A stretch of DNA of 64,000 nucleotides from Amoebidium appalachense. Lineage: Eukaryota; Protista; Ichthyosporea. The stretch covers positions 12,394,328 to 12,458,327 of the forward strand of contig CAVNZM010000002.1 of the NCBI GenBank assembly GCA_963693365.1. Direction: 5' to 3'. Shown in pieces: positions 26,173 to 40,025 of this stretch. Positions within the stretch are counted from its first letter, which is position 1. Each line of letters starts with the position of its first letter. Both the position numbers and the translations under genes were made by a program. The notes below the pieces were generated by a model. That model ran no database searches. It was not told the DNA's origin and was given only the letters and a program-made list of their open reading frames with translations.

Positions 26173-27300
26173 TATGCACATGCGCACATACACACACTCG
26201 CACAGGGGGCACACTCCGGCACGTACTCACGCATAGAACACACCTCGCACACATACCCGCAGACACGTATTACATACACCTGTGCTTGCTCGTCCATGTA
26301 CCTGCAGACACACACAAACAACACACAGGCACACCTAGAGAGAAGTACACTTGTGCTTGCTCACCCATACACATGCACACACACACCAGACTCAGACACG
26401 CTCACTGGCTCGTCCACCTAAGGTCCCACCCACGTAACCCCTCTCCCCCCCCCCCCCCCCCCCCCCCCCAACCGGGTATGGTTGCTGTGTCGTGCATCTG
26501 TAAGCACATACGCATTTTTCGCTGCACTGCATTAGTTTGCACACACATATTCACCGTTTTGCTGACCTTGCTTGCATAAGCAACCCTGCTCGTCTTTGAT
26601 CAAGACGGGTTGACTCTCCCAAGTTCAGTTGATGCTGCTGTCTGTTTAGGGGTCGAAACTCAGACGCAATTGATGACTTGGGCCCTCCCTGAGGATGGGC
26701 TCTGCTTATGACCCATTCTGTGCGCATGGCTATGTTGCATACTTGAATGTTTGCCCTTGCGTGTGTCCTTCGTGTATGCGTACTTCGTACCGTGTTCCAC
26801 ATTCAACCCCCCCCCCCCCCCCTCCCTCCCTCCCCACCCACCATTCTCCCGTTTCTTACACGTGTATGTGCTTCCTCAGGCTGCAAAGGTATCTGGATGA
26901 AATACAATATGTTCCGGAGCCACAAATATGGCACTTTGTTGCTGATTTGGCGCAGGTAAACACCCCATTACAGCCCTGACCCCCCCCCCCCCCCCCCCCC
27001 CCCGGGGTCCCGTCTGCAGGTCTTCCTGTTTTTGCGTGTGTATGTTTCCCTGATAAGAAACCCCCTCGTTTACATCACACAGCGAAACATGAACCTGTTC
27101 GCTGAAAACACACGCGCACGCACACGTTCGTACACACTCCCCACCACCACCACCACCACCCACCCACCCACCCACCCAACGCACGCGCGCGCATAGGCAC
27201 AGGCACAAGCATATAGCCATGTGTGTGTAAGTGCGCGCGCGCACACACACACACACAGGGGGGTGGGGGTCACAGAGAGTGTCGGTGGGTGGGTGGGTGG

Positions 27301-27331
<31 letters not shown>

Positions 27332-27371
27332 GGGGGGGGGGCATACAAGAATGCACACACAAGCACACATC

Positions 27372-27431
<60 letters not shown>

Positions 27432-28309
27432 GTGAAAGATGCAGAGAGCGAGATAGGGGGGAGGGGGGGGGGGGGGGGGGGGAGAGAGAGAGGGAAAGAA
27501 AGAAAGTGATACATCCACATAGGTGTGAAGTCATGTGCAAGGGGGGGGGGGGGGGGAAGGGAGTGGGCTAGGGTGATTGTAAGGAGGAGTGGGAGGGGAA
27601 GAGGGATAAAGAAGAGAGCATGCACGTGCTTTCATGGTCAGACAGACTCAAGGTCGTTTCACCAGTGTCACGTTCCCAGCCTGTATGGGTGATCTTTATG
27701 GTATACAAGTGTTATTGAACTTCCTATTCACCCGGTCTTTTCCCTTCTTCACATCAACCCTTTCATTGGTGTGTGTGTGTGTCCGCTGTTCCCCCTTTCT
27801 TTCCCCCCTTTTTATGTTTCCTTTTACCTCTTGACTCTACCTTACATGCATTCTAACACGGCAATATATCCTATTGTTCCCTTTTCTTTCTCCCCTTTTT
27901 ATGTTTTCTTGTGCCCCTTCCCTCTTTCGTTTTCCCACGTGCATTCTAACCTGGCATGTTATGTCTATGCAGGGTCTACAGCACATACACTCGCACTATC
28001 TCGTACACCTTGACATTAAGCCAGCAAACATATTCTTGACTGAATCCGGCTCATTGAAGATTGGCGATTTTGGTATTGCAATGGACCTACAAAAGGTAAG
28101 GATCCCCCCCCCCCCCCCCCCGGAGGTCGGAAATCGGGCACTGTGGATGACGTGGGCCTCCCCTGAGGATAGGCTCTACTGATTATGCATACTCTTATGT
28201 ATGGTTGGCACTCTGCATCGTGTTATCCGTTGTTCATGTGTACGTCGCATTCTAATGACACATTCAACCCCCCCCCCCCCCCCCCCTCCCCCCCTCCCCC
28301 TTACCCCCT

Positions 28310-28398
<89 letters not shown>

Positions 28399-28569
28399 AC
28401 GCCAACCCCCTCCTGCCCTCGTCCTCTTCTTCGCCATCACCAACCTGCACACACCCCCTCTCAGACACACCACACCCTCTCTACCACATGCCCCTACCCC
28501 CCCTCGCACACACACGCAGAGGACTCCCCTCCCCCTCCTCCCCCCCCTCCCGCCCTCCCTCCCCGTCCA

Positions 28570-28601
<32 letters not shown>

Positions 28602-28882
28602 TCCACGCACACGCAAAGACCATGGTCTCCCTCAGCATTCACACTCGAAACACTCTGCATTTCATGATGTCGTGGTGAATCTATGGGTACCTAATATTAC
28701 TTGCTATTACTGCCCTGCTCTGCCCCCCCCCCCCCCCCCCCCCCCTCCCCCCAACCCCCCCACAAAAAAAGTGTGGTTACATGCATTCACAAACACTTAG
28801 CGACTTCGAGCCTGCTTTTTGTCTTCTGCCGTCCTCCCCGCGTTGCCGGTTTGCTCCCTGTGCTCCTGTGTATGTGTATGTG

Positions 28883-28932
<50 letters not shown>

Positions 28933-30753
28933 ACACACACACACCCTCTTCCCCAACACCAACACCCACATGCCTGCATACCCCCTTTCCCACACACCAA
29001 TTCACCCTCCTCTCCACACACCCACCCACACCCTCTCCTGCACACCCACGGCACACACTACGACCTTACACTGCCCTTCGTACACACCTAAATTCATTAT
29101 CCCATAGTAACCCCACAGGTACACACTTATCTACCCCCCCCCCCCCCCCCCCCCCCCCCCCACTGCTCCTCTCGTCACACATATATACAAACACCTAATT
29201 CGTTTTGTGCCCTGCCTTTTTTTTTCTTTTTTTTTTTTGTTTCTTTTTTTTTTTTTTTTTTGTATACTTTTCCTCTTTCTGCAACTTTGTTCCCTCTGCC
29301 CCCCTTAGTGTGTTTCCTGGCTGCTGGTGTGGTGTTTTGGACGGGTATGTGGGTGGGGGGGGGGGGGGGAGGGGGAGGGGGGGAGGGGGGGGGGAGGGGG
29401 GGGGGGGGGGGGGGGGGAGGTGTGGTTGGTTGTGGGTGTGTGTGTGTGTCTGTGTGTGTGTTAGTGTGTGAGCCCGCGGGCACGTGTGCCTTCAGGGTGG
29501 GACACAAAGGCACGTGAACTGCCTGGAAATAGATGAAGGCGATGCGGAACAAGCACTGAAGGGGCAAGGGAGAGAACATGCACTGTCTCGGTGCGATATC
29601 CAAACCCTCCCATTGACTCATTGTTTGTGTCTTGGGGCACAGCGGGAGCAAGACCACCAAGAGGGGGACCCAAAGTACTTGGCCCCTGAACTGCTCAATG
29701 GGCAGTTTGACTGCCCGGCAGACATATTCAGGTGGATGATCATACTTCCTTGATGCTTTGACTGCTTGAATTCATTGTGTATATTGATCGGTGGGGAATT
29801 TCCTTGGTTCCCCGTGTTCGCAGCACTAAATATCACTGCACTGCATTGTGACTGCATTTCAGAGCACGATAACTGCATATATTACTGTACAGCTCATCAC
29901 TATCCTTTATATAACTATAGTGCATGCCTGGTGCTGCGAGATCACATTACTATACTGCCTATCACTCTACTGTGCATTACTATTCTTTTTGGACTCTTGG
30001 GGCCTTGTTTGACGTGTTGTTGTTGTCATTGTTTCCCGGTGGTAAGGCTTGGGGCTATGGTGGGGAGGAATATCTGCGCCTGAGGGTCGATCCTCGCTAT
30101 TCCCTCAATATTCTACTATGTGCTGGGAGTCAAAGTTTTTGCTTTTCTACTGCCCCTTCCCCCCCCCTCCCCCCCCCCCCAAAAAAAAAAAAAAAAAAAG
30201 TGTGTGGTATGGGCAGGTAACTGAAGGGAAGATGGTGGGCAGGCAGGGGGATGATGAAGGGTGGTGCACAACACGGGGAAGGAGGGGGGGGGGGGGGGGG
30301 GGGGGGGGGGTGGTAGGGTGTGTGTGTGTGTGTTGGTGGTGGTGGTTGCTGTCCTGAGAGGAGGGGTGTGCATTTGGTGGGTGTGGTGGTGGTGGTGGTG
30401 TGGGGGGAGAGGGGGGGGGGGGGGGAGATGGTGCTGGAAACAAATCTGGGTGGTGATGATGGGACACGATGTCTGATGGTGTGTGGGGAAACGCCAGCAC
30501 GGGGATAATGATGCTGGAGATAGCAGACAACTACGAGCTGCCAAACAACGGCCCAGTGTGGACACAGTTGAGATCAGGTAAAAGTCACTGTGTGCATGGG
30601 CACCGTGGTAAAGAAACATGCTCGTCAGAATCACGTGCACACACACATGCACACACGCGCGTGCACGCGCCATGAGACACTTGGCGCCTTAGATTTGCTG
30701 ATTTTGGCAGCGGCTTTGTTTTCGTGCATTCATGCCTTTGTGTTTTTTTCCCC

Positions 30754-30789
<36 letters not shown>

Positions 30790-31685
30790 CATTTCGTTCA
30801 TGGGGCGTACGCAAAAATGGGATGAGTGGGTGCGTGTGGATATGAGGGTGGGTATGGGGCTGGTGTGAGGGTGTGATCTGGTGGTTCCTGTCATTTCTTG
30901 GCGGTAGGTGGGGGTGGATGTGTACGTGTGTAACTGTGTGTGTGGGGGGGTGGGGGTTCATTTCTATTTCTTTGTTGGAATATATTTGTTCATTGCCTTG
31001 GTTGGGGAAGAAGGCGGGGGAGGAGGGGGGGGGGGGGAGGAGGAGGAGGGGGGGGGGGGGGGGGGCTTCCTGAATCCTAATACTCGCAACAGTACTTGTG
31101 TTACTGTCGTGAAGCAGGCAGGGTGTAGGCATGTATGCGCACGTGGGGCTGTGTTTGTGTTTTCGTGGTCGGACACGTGCATGGTTGTGGTGACGATCAG
31201 TGAGGCCGAGAAAGGGGTTGGCTGTGATATGTGTGGGTGGATGAGTGTGTGCGCACGTGCGTGTATGTGTGTGTATTGTTGGGTGAATGTGTGTGCGTGT
31301 GTGCGTGCATGCATGGTTTTTTTTTTCTTTTTTTTTCTTTTTTTTTTTTTTTTTTTTTTTTTGGTGGTGGCGGAGGGGGGGGGGGGGGGGGGGTTGACCA
31401 TGGGATGTGTTCTAAGGGGCACTGTGTGCAGGGTGGCTGCCAGACATACCCCATCGGTCACCTGCTCTTCTTTCTTTGATATGTGCTATGATGGCCCCTG
31501 ATCCTGCAAGAAGACCAACGGGTATCTAACAAACCACGCTCCCCCCCCCACCCCCCTACCCAGCCTCGCGCGGAAAAAATTAGAGATAAGAAAGAAAAGA
31601 AGAGCAAACACTCACGCAGTCAGATACATGGACGCGCACACAACATATAAGGCAACACTTTCTCAGTGTTCCTCATTCCTTTCAG

Positions 31686-31731
<46 letters not shown>

Positions 31732-32411
31732 ACACACACACACACACACACAGACATGCCACACACATTTCCCGATCCCGCTACCCTAACCAACTGTTTC
31801 TTTTCTTCCTTTGTCCAGTTTCCGAGCCCTCTCCTTTCTCTTGCAATCAATAGTGCCCATACTGACTCCGCCTTCCACCCAGCCGAGGCACTGGTGAACA
31901 GCCCAGCCATGGCAAGCATCATCAACCAAAGAGTCGCTGAGGTGTGTGTGTGCGTGTGTGTGTGTGCGTGCGCGTGTGGCTGTGGCTGTGGCTGTGGCTG
32001 TGGCTGTGGCTGTGGTTGTGTCACTTTTTCTGTGGAACCTCTGTGCTTGTGTGTGTGTGTGTGTGCGCGCGTGCGTGCGCGTGGGCGTCTATACAATGCT
32101 CTCTGGCATGTTGGTGTAGTCTTGGATGATTGGTGTGCTTCGTCTGTCTTTGTATGAATGCATGCTCGATGTGCATGTTGGTGTAACTTCATGCATACTT
32201 AGGGTGAGTGTGTGCGGGTTGTGTGATGTGCATTAGTGTTGATAACAATCAACACTAATGCAAATAGCAATGCGATTTCCACCCTCTCCTTGCCCCCTCC
32301 TTCCCTCCTGCCTCCTAAAGTGTGTGTGCATGTGTGTGCACACAACCCACAAAGCTCTCACACCTCACCACATCTTAACCGTCCTTACACACACGACTAA
32401 CCCTACCTTCT

Positions 32412-32469
<58 letters not shown>

Positions 32470-32480
32470 CCGTGATACAC

Positions 32481-32519
<39 letters not shown>

Positions 32520-32821
32520 CACACACATGGCAGCAGGCGCACCAGCAGACACAGCAAATGGACATCGAGACTGTGCCCAGTCCAACACACTTGTACTACA
32601 ACCACTTACACGGTGAGCTAACCCTTTCCCTTTTTAATCCTCCTAGTTTGGTCCACCCCCCCCCCCCCCCCCCCCCCCCCCCCCTTTTCACCCTCCTAGG
32701 TTTGTGCACTCTGCCCTTTCACCTTCCCAATATGTGTGCTCTTTCCCCTCAGACCTCCTATACCCTCTTCCCCGTCCCCGTCTCCCTCCCCCCCTCGCCC
32801 CTCCGCATCCATTTTCTACAG

Positions 32822-32856
<35 letters not shown>

Positions 32857-33221
32857 CTTGCTCTGGTTTGTCGATGGTCGGCACTTCAACAAGCACATGG
32901 GTGCACACACACACACACCTGCACACACGTTCGCGCGCACACACACACATGCTCATAGTACCACACATTGCCACACACCCTCGTACACAAACACACTCAT
33001 CTATTTGCACCTTCACTCGCATACATTCACATACCACGGCCGCGCACATTCTCAAACACACACGTGCCATTCACTATCTTTCTGCCTTTTCTTTCTCTTT
33101 CTCTCTCTCCCCCCCCCCCCCCCCCCCCCCCCGGCCACACACATACATGCACACACACCCTCCCCCCTGCGCCCTTAGCTCTCCAAGGTTCCGTTTCCAT
33201 GACGCCGCCAACACACATACA

Positions 33222-33269
<48 letters not shown>

Positions 33270-33785
33270 ACACGCGCACACACACCACAGACACACACAT
33301 GACTGTACAAACATGGCTGTACGAGTCTAACACACACACACACACGCTACACACATGACTAGTCTAACATCCCGGGGGGTACCCAACAGTGGAGGAAGAG
33401 TCGCCTGTGCTCATGCACGGAGACGCCACGTCAGAGCAGCATCTGTCCTTCCGCCCACCCATGGCCAGGACACAGGCATTGGCACTAGATCTGGAGCAGC
33501 TGGACATCAGCAAGGTGCGGAGACACAGGCACACACAAAACACACATACATGCACATGCACGTCCACGTGCACGCATACATGCACGTGCACGTGCACACA
33601 CACATACACACACGTACATACAAAGCAAGTAACTCATACATATGAAAACACACACACACACCCACACACACACACATGCATACAGCGACGTCGCCTGCAC
33701 GCGCGCGCACACACAAGCACACTCACTCACTCACTCACAACACACACTCTCTCTAACCAGAAAGATGCAAAGAGACACGGTGACA

Positions 33786-33824
<39 letters not shown>

Positions 33825-34512
33825 GCCCTTGCTGATACGATCACACAATCACCTAGACCCTCGCACACTGAATACGTCTATTCTGCTGTCGCCTTCGCCT
33901 GCTCTATTTGGTGCCACGGTGTGTGTGTTTTACCATCTTTTGTTGCATCCTGCCTGCACGGTTTGCATGTGTCGTGTGTGGGTCCACACGTATCCCTATT
34001 GGGATATGCCGAATATTCAAGTGGCAAAGGTGTGTGTGTGTGTGTGCGTGTGTGTGGAGCTATCTTTGTTGGTTTTCTCTCTTTGGTTCTGTCAACTGTG
34101 TGCGCTTATTATCATATGACCATCCACAAGTGTACAGTTGGAAGTTCTGACCTTGCTCAAATAAGATTTGAGGATTTCGCATCCGGATTACTTAGAACAC
34201 CCTTTATCTATCCGATAGACAATCTACATGACAACACCTGAGCACGTTTACTACACCAAGAGTCTACACAAAAATTGAAGAATATATCCAATGAATATGC
34301 TTATTCCGATGAATACACTCACATAAACACACATATGACTGTATTTCACACCCTGCACTTTGAAACCATGCACCCCAGGGGATAACTGTGACTCAACTAT
34401 TGCACACTCTGTCACAGCAGGCGGCAGCTGAGGATTTGCCCGGCCCGATCCGTGGCTTTGAAACACCTGGGCCAAAAAACCTCATGATGGTACTACATAC
34501 CCCCTTCCCCCT

Positions 34513-34568
<56 letters not shown>

Positions 34569-35056
34569 GCAGTCACCACAACACCGGCACAGGTACAGGC
34601 ACACACACATCTCTCTCTCTCTCTCCCTCACTCTCCTTCTCTCTCTTTCTCTCTCTCTCTCATGCACATGAGTGCATGCTATCTGCACACAAACACGAGC
34701 CCAAAGAATGAATTACGTGCCCTTGCCAGTGGATTCCTGCGCATAGATTACCTTCACATACACAAAGGCACCCATGACATCACACCCGCTGATACTCTCA
34801 AATTACAGATATATTCTATCATACCCCCACACACTGTAGATATTTTCTCCCGCCCGTTCGGTAACATATGTTCGGGTCCTCATTTTTTCCAATATGAATA
34901 ATCCATCGTTGAGCCTGTCAGTCCGAAAAGTACGATTGCAGTTATGCACCCAGCATATAAGAAAACAAGTGCATAACGCACATGCACACATGCGACACGA
35001 TTGAAATTCTATTCAGCACTGCAAAAAAAGTACAGCCATCAGGCTTCACTGACCGT

Positions 35057-35093
<37 letters not shown>

Positions 35094-35181
35094 CCCCTTT
35101 CCCCCCCCCCCCCCTCTTCTTCCCCGTTTCTGTCTGTCAAATCAGGAATTCAACGAGGTTGCGAGGGAGGATGATGACTGA
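23627..35181 (+). CDS. PKMYT1: Myt1-like (Wee1 family) CDK-inhibitory kinase; exons 23627-23849, 24326-24399, 24557-24663, 24971-25099, 26880-26955, 27973-28095, 29643-29731, 30498-30577, 31432-31521, 31883-31941, ~32537-32612, ~33390-33513, ~34421-34489, 35146-35181
   Basis: Kinase motifs: SPYYDQNKREPYLKQAFVIVSRLGKGSFGEAFKVQSKEDGQHYAVK, HPNCLRYYGAWEE, LYIQTELC, VHLDIKPANIF, KIGDFG, EGDPKYLAPELL, ADIFS and ELPNNGPVWTQLRSG. The C-terminal GPKNLMMEF resembles the Myt1 PRNLL motif. The C-terminal exons are less certain. Confidence 0.88.
26469..26806 (+). mobile_element. Structured intronic repeat family, near full-length subfamily A copy embedded in poly-C
   Basis: Reverse-complement match to 9491-9871, with a deletion in the apical part of the long stem. 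C-runs lie immediately on both sides. Confidence 0.85.
28123..28267 (+). repeat. Structured intronic repeat family, 5'-truncated subfamily B copy embedded in poly-C
   Basis: ggtcggaaatcgggcactgtggatgacgtgggcctcccctgaggataggctct...cacattcaa aligns with the reverse complement of 14853-14997. C-runs on both sides. Confidence 0.82.
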
Positions 35182-37305
35182 CTACGCTCTCTTGCTCTGG
35201 GACAGCAACCTTGGAACGAAACGAAGGCTGTGCTTGTCATCGTATAGAAATGTGACGTTACATCAAATGACCATATTACCATATTTGGGCAGTGGCTCGG
35301 CAAGCACCAATCGCTTTGTTCTATGACGGCACGGTGGCGGTGCCTCCCCAATACCGAAAGAAAGCTGCGGAATTGACGATGCTCTGTTTTTCATGCGTTC
35401 CCATGTAGTAGGAGGCCCATGTTTGTAACATGTGTGGTCATGCTATCTGCTCAGATAGGAATGGCCCAAGTTTTTGCGGCCGAATTTTGCATTGTCTATC
35501 AGCTGCAACCTTTTGTATTTCCTGGCCCTTTCCCCCTGTTCCCTCTTCTGTAATACTGTTGGTCGCTCCTTTTATTTTTCATTTTGCCTTTTTAAAGGCT
35601 GTTGGTTTGCCTTGTGGGTGTTTGGGTGTGTTCGGCGGGGAATGTGAGTGTGTGGGTGGGGGTGGGGGTATTTGTGCGTGTCCAGCCGCGCGGAGGGGAA
35701 AGGGGGAGGGGGGGGGGGGGGGGGGGATCGAATGACCGGAGTTGGTGTTTTGTTGTTTGGGCTCATTGTAAATAGGCAGAACCGTAGGGGACGTGAACAA
35801 GTTTTGTTAAGATTTGAGATTTCCCGCTAGTTGTCAAGCAAATGAATATTAATTACCAGAATCTTTGTTCGTGGGTTCGTGAAGTTTTAACACAACGCGT
35901 ATGTGCTGTTACTAATGATGTAAATTGTATTTAATGACGTCATTGTTATGGGGGGCGTGACGTATGTTCGTTTTGACACTGGGTGCCTCAGTCAGAAATT
36001 GCCATATTAGACCGTGGATGATACATAATACATGGATATCCAATACATGAGATAGATTTTGCGTAAATTTGAGATTTTTCGTTATTTGTGAAGCTGCAGT
36101 GCGACATGTATGGGGACTGAGTGTCCATCGTGATGATGTTACCCCTGCCTTTTCACACACACATAGAGCCAACACAAGTTGTACATGTGTGTGTGTGTGC
36201 TTGTGTGTAAAATATTGTGTGTGTTTAATGGGGAGAAGGAGGGGGGGGTTGGGGGGGGGGGGGGGGGGGGGGGGAGGGGGGCTGTCTAAAGAAATGCCTA
36301 GGCTAGCTAGGGGCTACCGAGGCTGGGATCCTAGGGGGAGACGAAGATAACGTTGCTGGAATTCCGCGCTCGTGTGTGTGTGTGTGTGGTGGTGGTGGTG
36401 GTGGCGACGGGGGGGGGGGGGGGGGGGGGGGACGGGGGTTGCAAGGCCCTGTGATTTCCGGGACACAGAACTTAGATAACAATTTTCTGGTTATCCGACC
36501 ATGGCCGGCAAATGGAAGAATTTGCTTTGCCCCATGAAGTGTTGTGGGTGTGGACGAGGCCTCCTTAGCTAGATTGGACTGTTCAGGCGTGGCGCGCGTA
36601 TGTGATGTGCCTTTTCGTGAGCCTCGGTGTGCTGAGCCTGCACTGAGTGTGTGTGTGTGCACGTGTGTAAGCGACACGGCTCAGTGTAATACGTGTGTCG
36701 CTGTGTGTGACGGACGTGTGTGTGTGTGTGTGCGTGCCGCAGTGTGTGTGTTTGTGTGTGTGTGTATACATGTATGTGTGTGCTCGCGCGTGCAATCTGT
36801 GTGCCCTGTGCGCACACACACGGTACACGTGTTTGTGTGTGTGTGTGTTGATCGACGGTGTGCGTTCTCGGTGTGTGTGTGTATGTGCTTGAGTTGGTGT
36901 GTGTGTGTCGATGGTGTGTGTGTGTGTGTGTTTGTGTTTGTGTGTGTGTGCATGTGTGCACGTGTGTGTGCATGTCTGTGTGTTTACATACGGATGTGTG
37001 TGTGCGTACGGTCTGTATGACACCAGTATGTTGGGTGATCATGATTGCATTTCAAAACAAAAAAGCCAACACAAGCTAACATATGCATTAAACACGTTCT
37101 GACGAAAATAAAGGGCACGAAGTAAACAACAATGCCTGAACCAAAACCACGGCCCAAAAACAAAATTGAATATAAAGAGAACAACCAGAGCTAAACAACC
37201 TCTTACTAGCCAAAAACCCAACACAAGGCAAGGTTTCGTACAACCATATGTGCCAAATGATTCAGGTGCTGCCGCTGAACCTCCCCTCGGGTCCGGGGAG
37301 AAGAG

Positions 37306-37337
<32 letters not shown>

Positions 37338-37786
37338 CAATTCCGCGTGTTCTAGATCAACTCACTACCATAGTGTCTTCCTTCGCTGTGGCACCAAAAT
37401 GCACCCCACATATTTTCTTGATATCATGGGCCCAACAAGCCAATATGAGACGCTGTGCATGCCCATTTTATTGTAGAATCTGGCGGTCCGTTCTTTAATT
37501 GACCGTAACCGGAAGAACTATCTAGCACGGTGGCCCTCTGCAACACTAAGGCACAGGTATGACTCTTGCTGTGCACGGTCGCCTGCACGTAAACACGCGT
37601 CGCCCCCTCCCTCCGCCCATTATTATTTTATTTTTTTTATTTTTTTATTATTATTATTATTTTATCCCGTTTCACTCCCGGCGAGGCACTGCCTCAGGGG
37701 AGCTTACCGTCTTCCGCCTAGACACAGATCGTACTGTATAGCACACTCATAAGTCAGGATTCTAATTCGGACCCCAACTGGCACTT

Positions 37787-37932
37787 CTTTCCTCCCCTCT
37801 CTCTCTTTCCTCCCCTCTCTCTCTTTCCTCCCCTCTCTCTCTTTCCTCCCCTCTCTCTCTTTCCTCCCCTCTCTCTCTTTCCTCCCCTCTCTCTCTTTCC
37901 TCCCCTCTCTCTCTTTCCTCCCCTCTCTCTCC
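37787..37932. repeat. 18-bp tandem minisatellite (ctttcctcccctctctct) x ~8
   Basis: Exact tandem units visible in the sequence. Confidence 0.92.
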
Positions 37933-37974
37933 CCTTCTCCCCTGGGCACAAATACAAATAAACCCCGCAATAGT

Positions 37975-38564
37975 GTGTGTGTGACTTTGGACTGCCACTT
38001 ACTTATTAAACATGTACACAATCACAAGATAATCACGCAATATAACAAATGGAAAAAGATACCAAACGACACTAGACCCGATGAAAGCATACACCTTGAA
38101 AAACTAAGCCTTATGTCTCGTTTTATATATACTGACCGCCTCAACCATATTGCCAAATATGGCACTCGCAAGTGTATAACACCTAAATACATATTGCCTT
38201 CCTGTAGAACTGGTCTTTCTCTAGCTGATGGTATTATTGATCAATTACCACGCTTTTACTGTACACGTGCTATACAGTGGAGATCTAATAAGTATAAGGT
38301 GGCATCATTTGCATGCCCAAACAACACACACACACACCAGTTTAACCGGTCATGTATCGCCAAATGTAGTTTGATAGACCACATAATACCGCAACACACA
38401 CACGTCACATTCACAACAGACACCCAGAAAGATAGCCTACCTGTAAATTACAACATCCTTGATTTTATACTAAACACGCGTAACTACGACCTGTTTATTA
38501 GATGTATTGATTGGCTTGAGAAACACATCACTACAAAATTATAGCGCACGCGCACACACACACA

Positions 38565-38619
<55 letters not shown>

Positions 38620-38651
38620 CCAGCTGATACCGAGTGTCCCGAGGGGAGCCC

Positions 38652-38692
<41 letters not shown>

Positions 38693-38887
38693 GGGGAACC
38701 CCAACTAATTGATTTCTCCTTGTAGTCTTTATGGTGTCTCGTAGAGAAAGTAAACCCTGATATATAGTCACCACCCGACATCTATGTACGTGATCATGAT
38801 ATACCGCTGAGGGGATATTCCGAGCAAAACCCCCCCCCCCATACCTGAGACTGGTTCTCTTTGCCTCGAGTAAACAGCGTAAACCCC
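37975..38887 (+). mobile_element. Probable 5'-truncated non-LTR retrotransposon: C-terminal ORF fragment (37975-38544) plus 3' UTR
   Basis: Intronless 189-aa ORF with a Cys/His cluster (RAIQWR...CPNNTHTHQFNRSCIAKC...NILDFILN). A second, more truncated copy at 59761-60297 (-) and a terminal fragment at 58962-58997 share the 3' end ctctttgcctcgagtaaacagcgtaaac. No RT motif is present, so the class is inferred. Confidence 0.6.
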
Positions 38888-39085
38888 ATTTTTAGTTACG
38901 CCTTATCCCGCGGTTCTAGCCGCAGCAACGCTAGTGGGGAAGTGCACTTTAACAACACCAGCCGGGAGCGACCCGGGACACATACACAAACATAAAGACT
39001 TGAAAGGGGAAGACCCCATGCCCAGGACGCTGACCCGAACCGTGGCCGGTGACTCGGATTGGTCTCCCACTTGAACGTTGGGCTG

Positions 39086-39412
39086 GAGTAGGTAGTTGTG
39101 GGGCTATAGCTCCCTTTTTTTTTTTTCGGACCGGCCGGCCATTGTCGGATGAGCTGACCTGACCGAAGCTAAGTGCACCAGCCTAATCCGGGTCGAGTAG
39201 GGTGATGCGGGCCGGGTCGCCCGTGCGCATCGGTCCGCGGCCCGGCTGAATCTCGCGGGTCGGGTCGGGGGCATGGCACATTCGATGCGTCATGACGTGT
39301 GACGTGAGTTGGGGTCAGGGCCGCACCGCTTCGGTCAGGTCAGCTCATCCGACAATGGCCGGCCGGTCCGAAAAAAAAAAAAAGGGAGCTATAGCCCCAC
39401 AACTACCTACTC
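39086..39412. mobile_element. MITE with ~84-bp TIRs starting GAGTAGGTAG and an imperfect 7-bp target duplication
   Basis: 39086-39169 is the reverse complement of 39328-39412. The flanks are tgggctg and tgggatg. Confidence 0.85.
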
Positions 39413-39970
39413 TGGGATGCCCAAGCGGCGCGCCGTCGACACGTCAGAGGGCCGGTGCTGTTCATGACGTCATGTCTTGCGGCCGGATGATAACAAATTG
39501 GTGGTGCCCCTTGACGTGGTCTGGGGTGATGGCTTCTAGGGGGCGGCCAGACCCTCCCCTCCGCCCATTGGCAATGTGTACTACAAGCACCTCCGCCCAC
39601 CAGAAAAAGACTCGGCGCATTAATGCCATCCCATGGTGGCTACACCAGACTTGAAGAGATCTGCCGGGCGGAAGAGGGGGGGGGGGGGGGGGGGGGGGGA
39701 GGGGGGGGAGAGGGGGAGGGGGGGGGAAAGGGGAACGGAACGGACAACATGACGTCCGCGGAAGAGCAAGACGCAAATGGACCGGACTACAGTGCCAAAA
39801 TCATCCGGACTGAGAAGGAAGTTGTGTGATGTGTACATGTGTGCGTTCGTGAGCCTGAGTATCTCTGGGCCAGTGTGTGTGCATGCATGGGCGCGCGGCG
39901 CCCATGTATGGTGGTGGTGGTTTTGGCAGTGACGGTTTGGCTGGTCATGTGTGTGTAAATGTGTGTCCTG

Positions 39971-40025
<55 letters not shown>

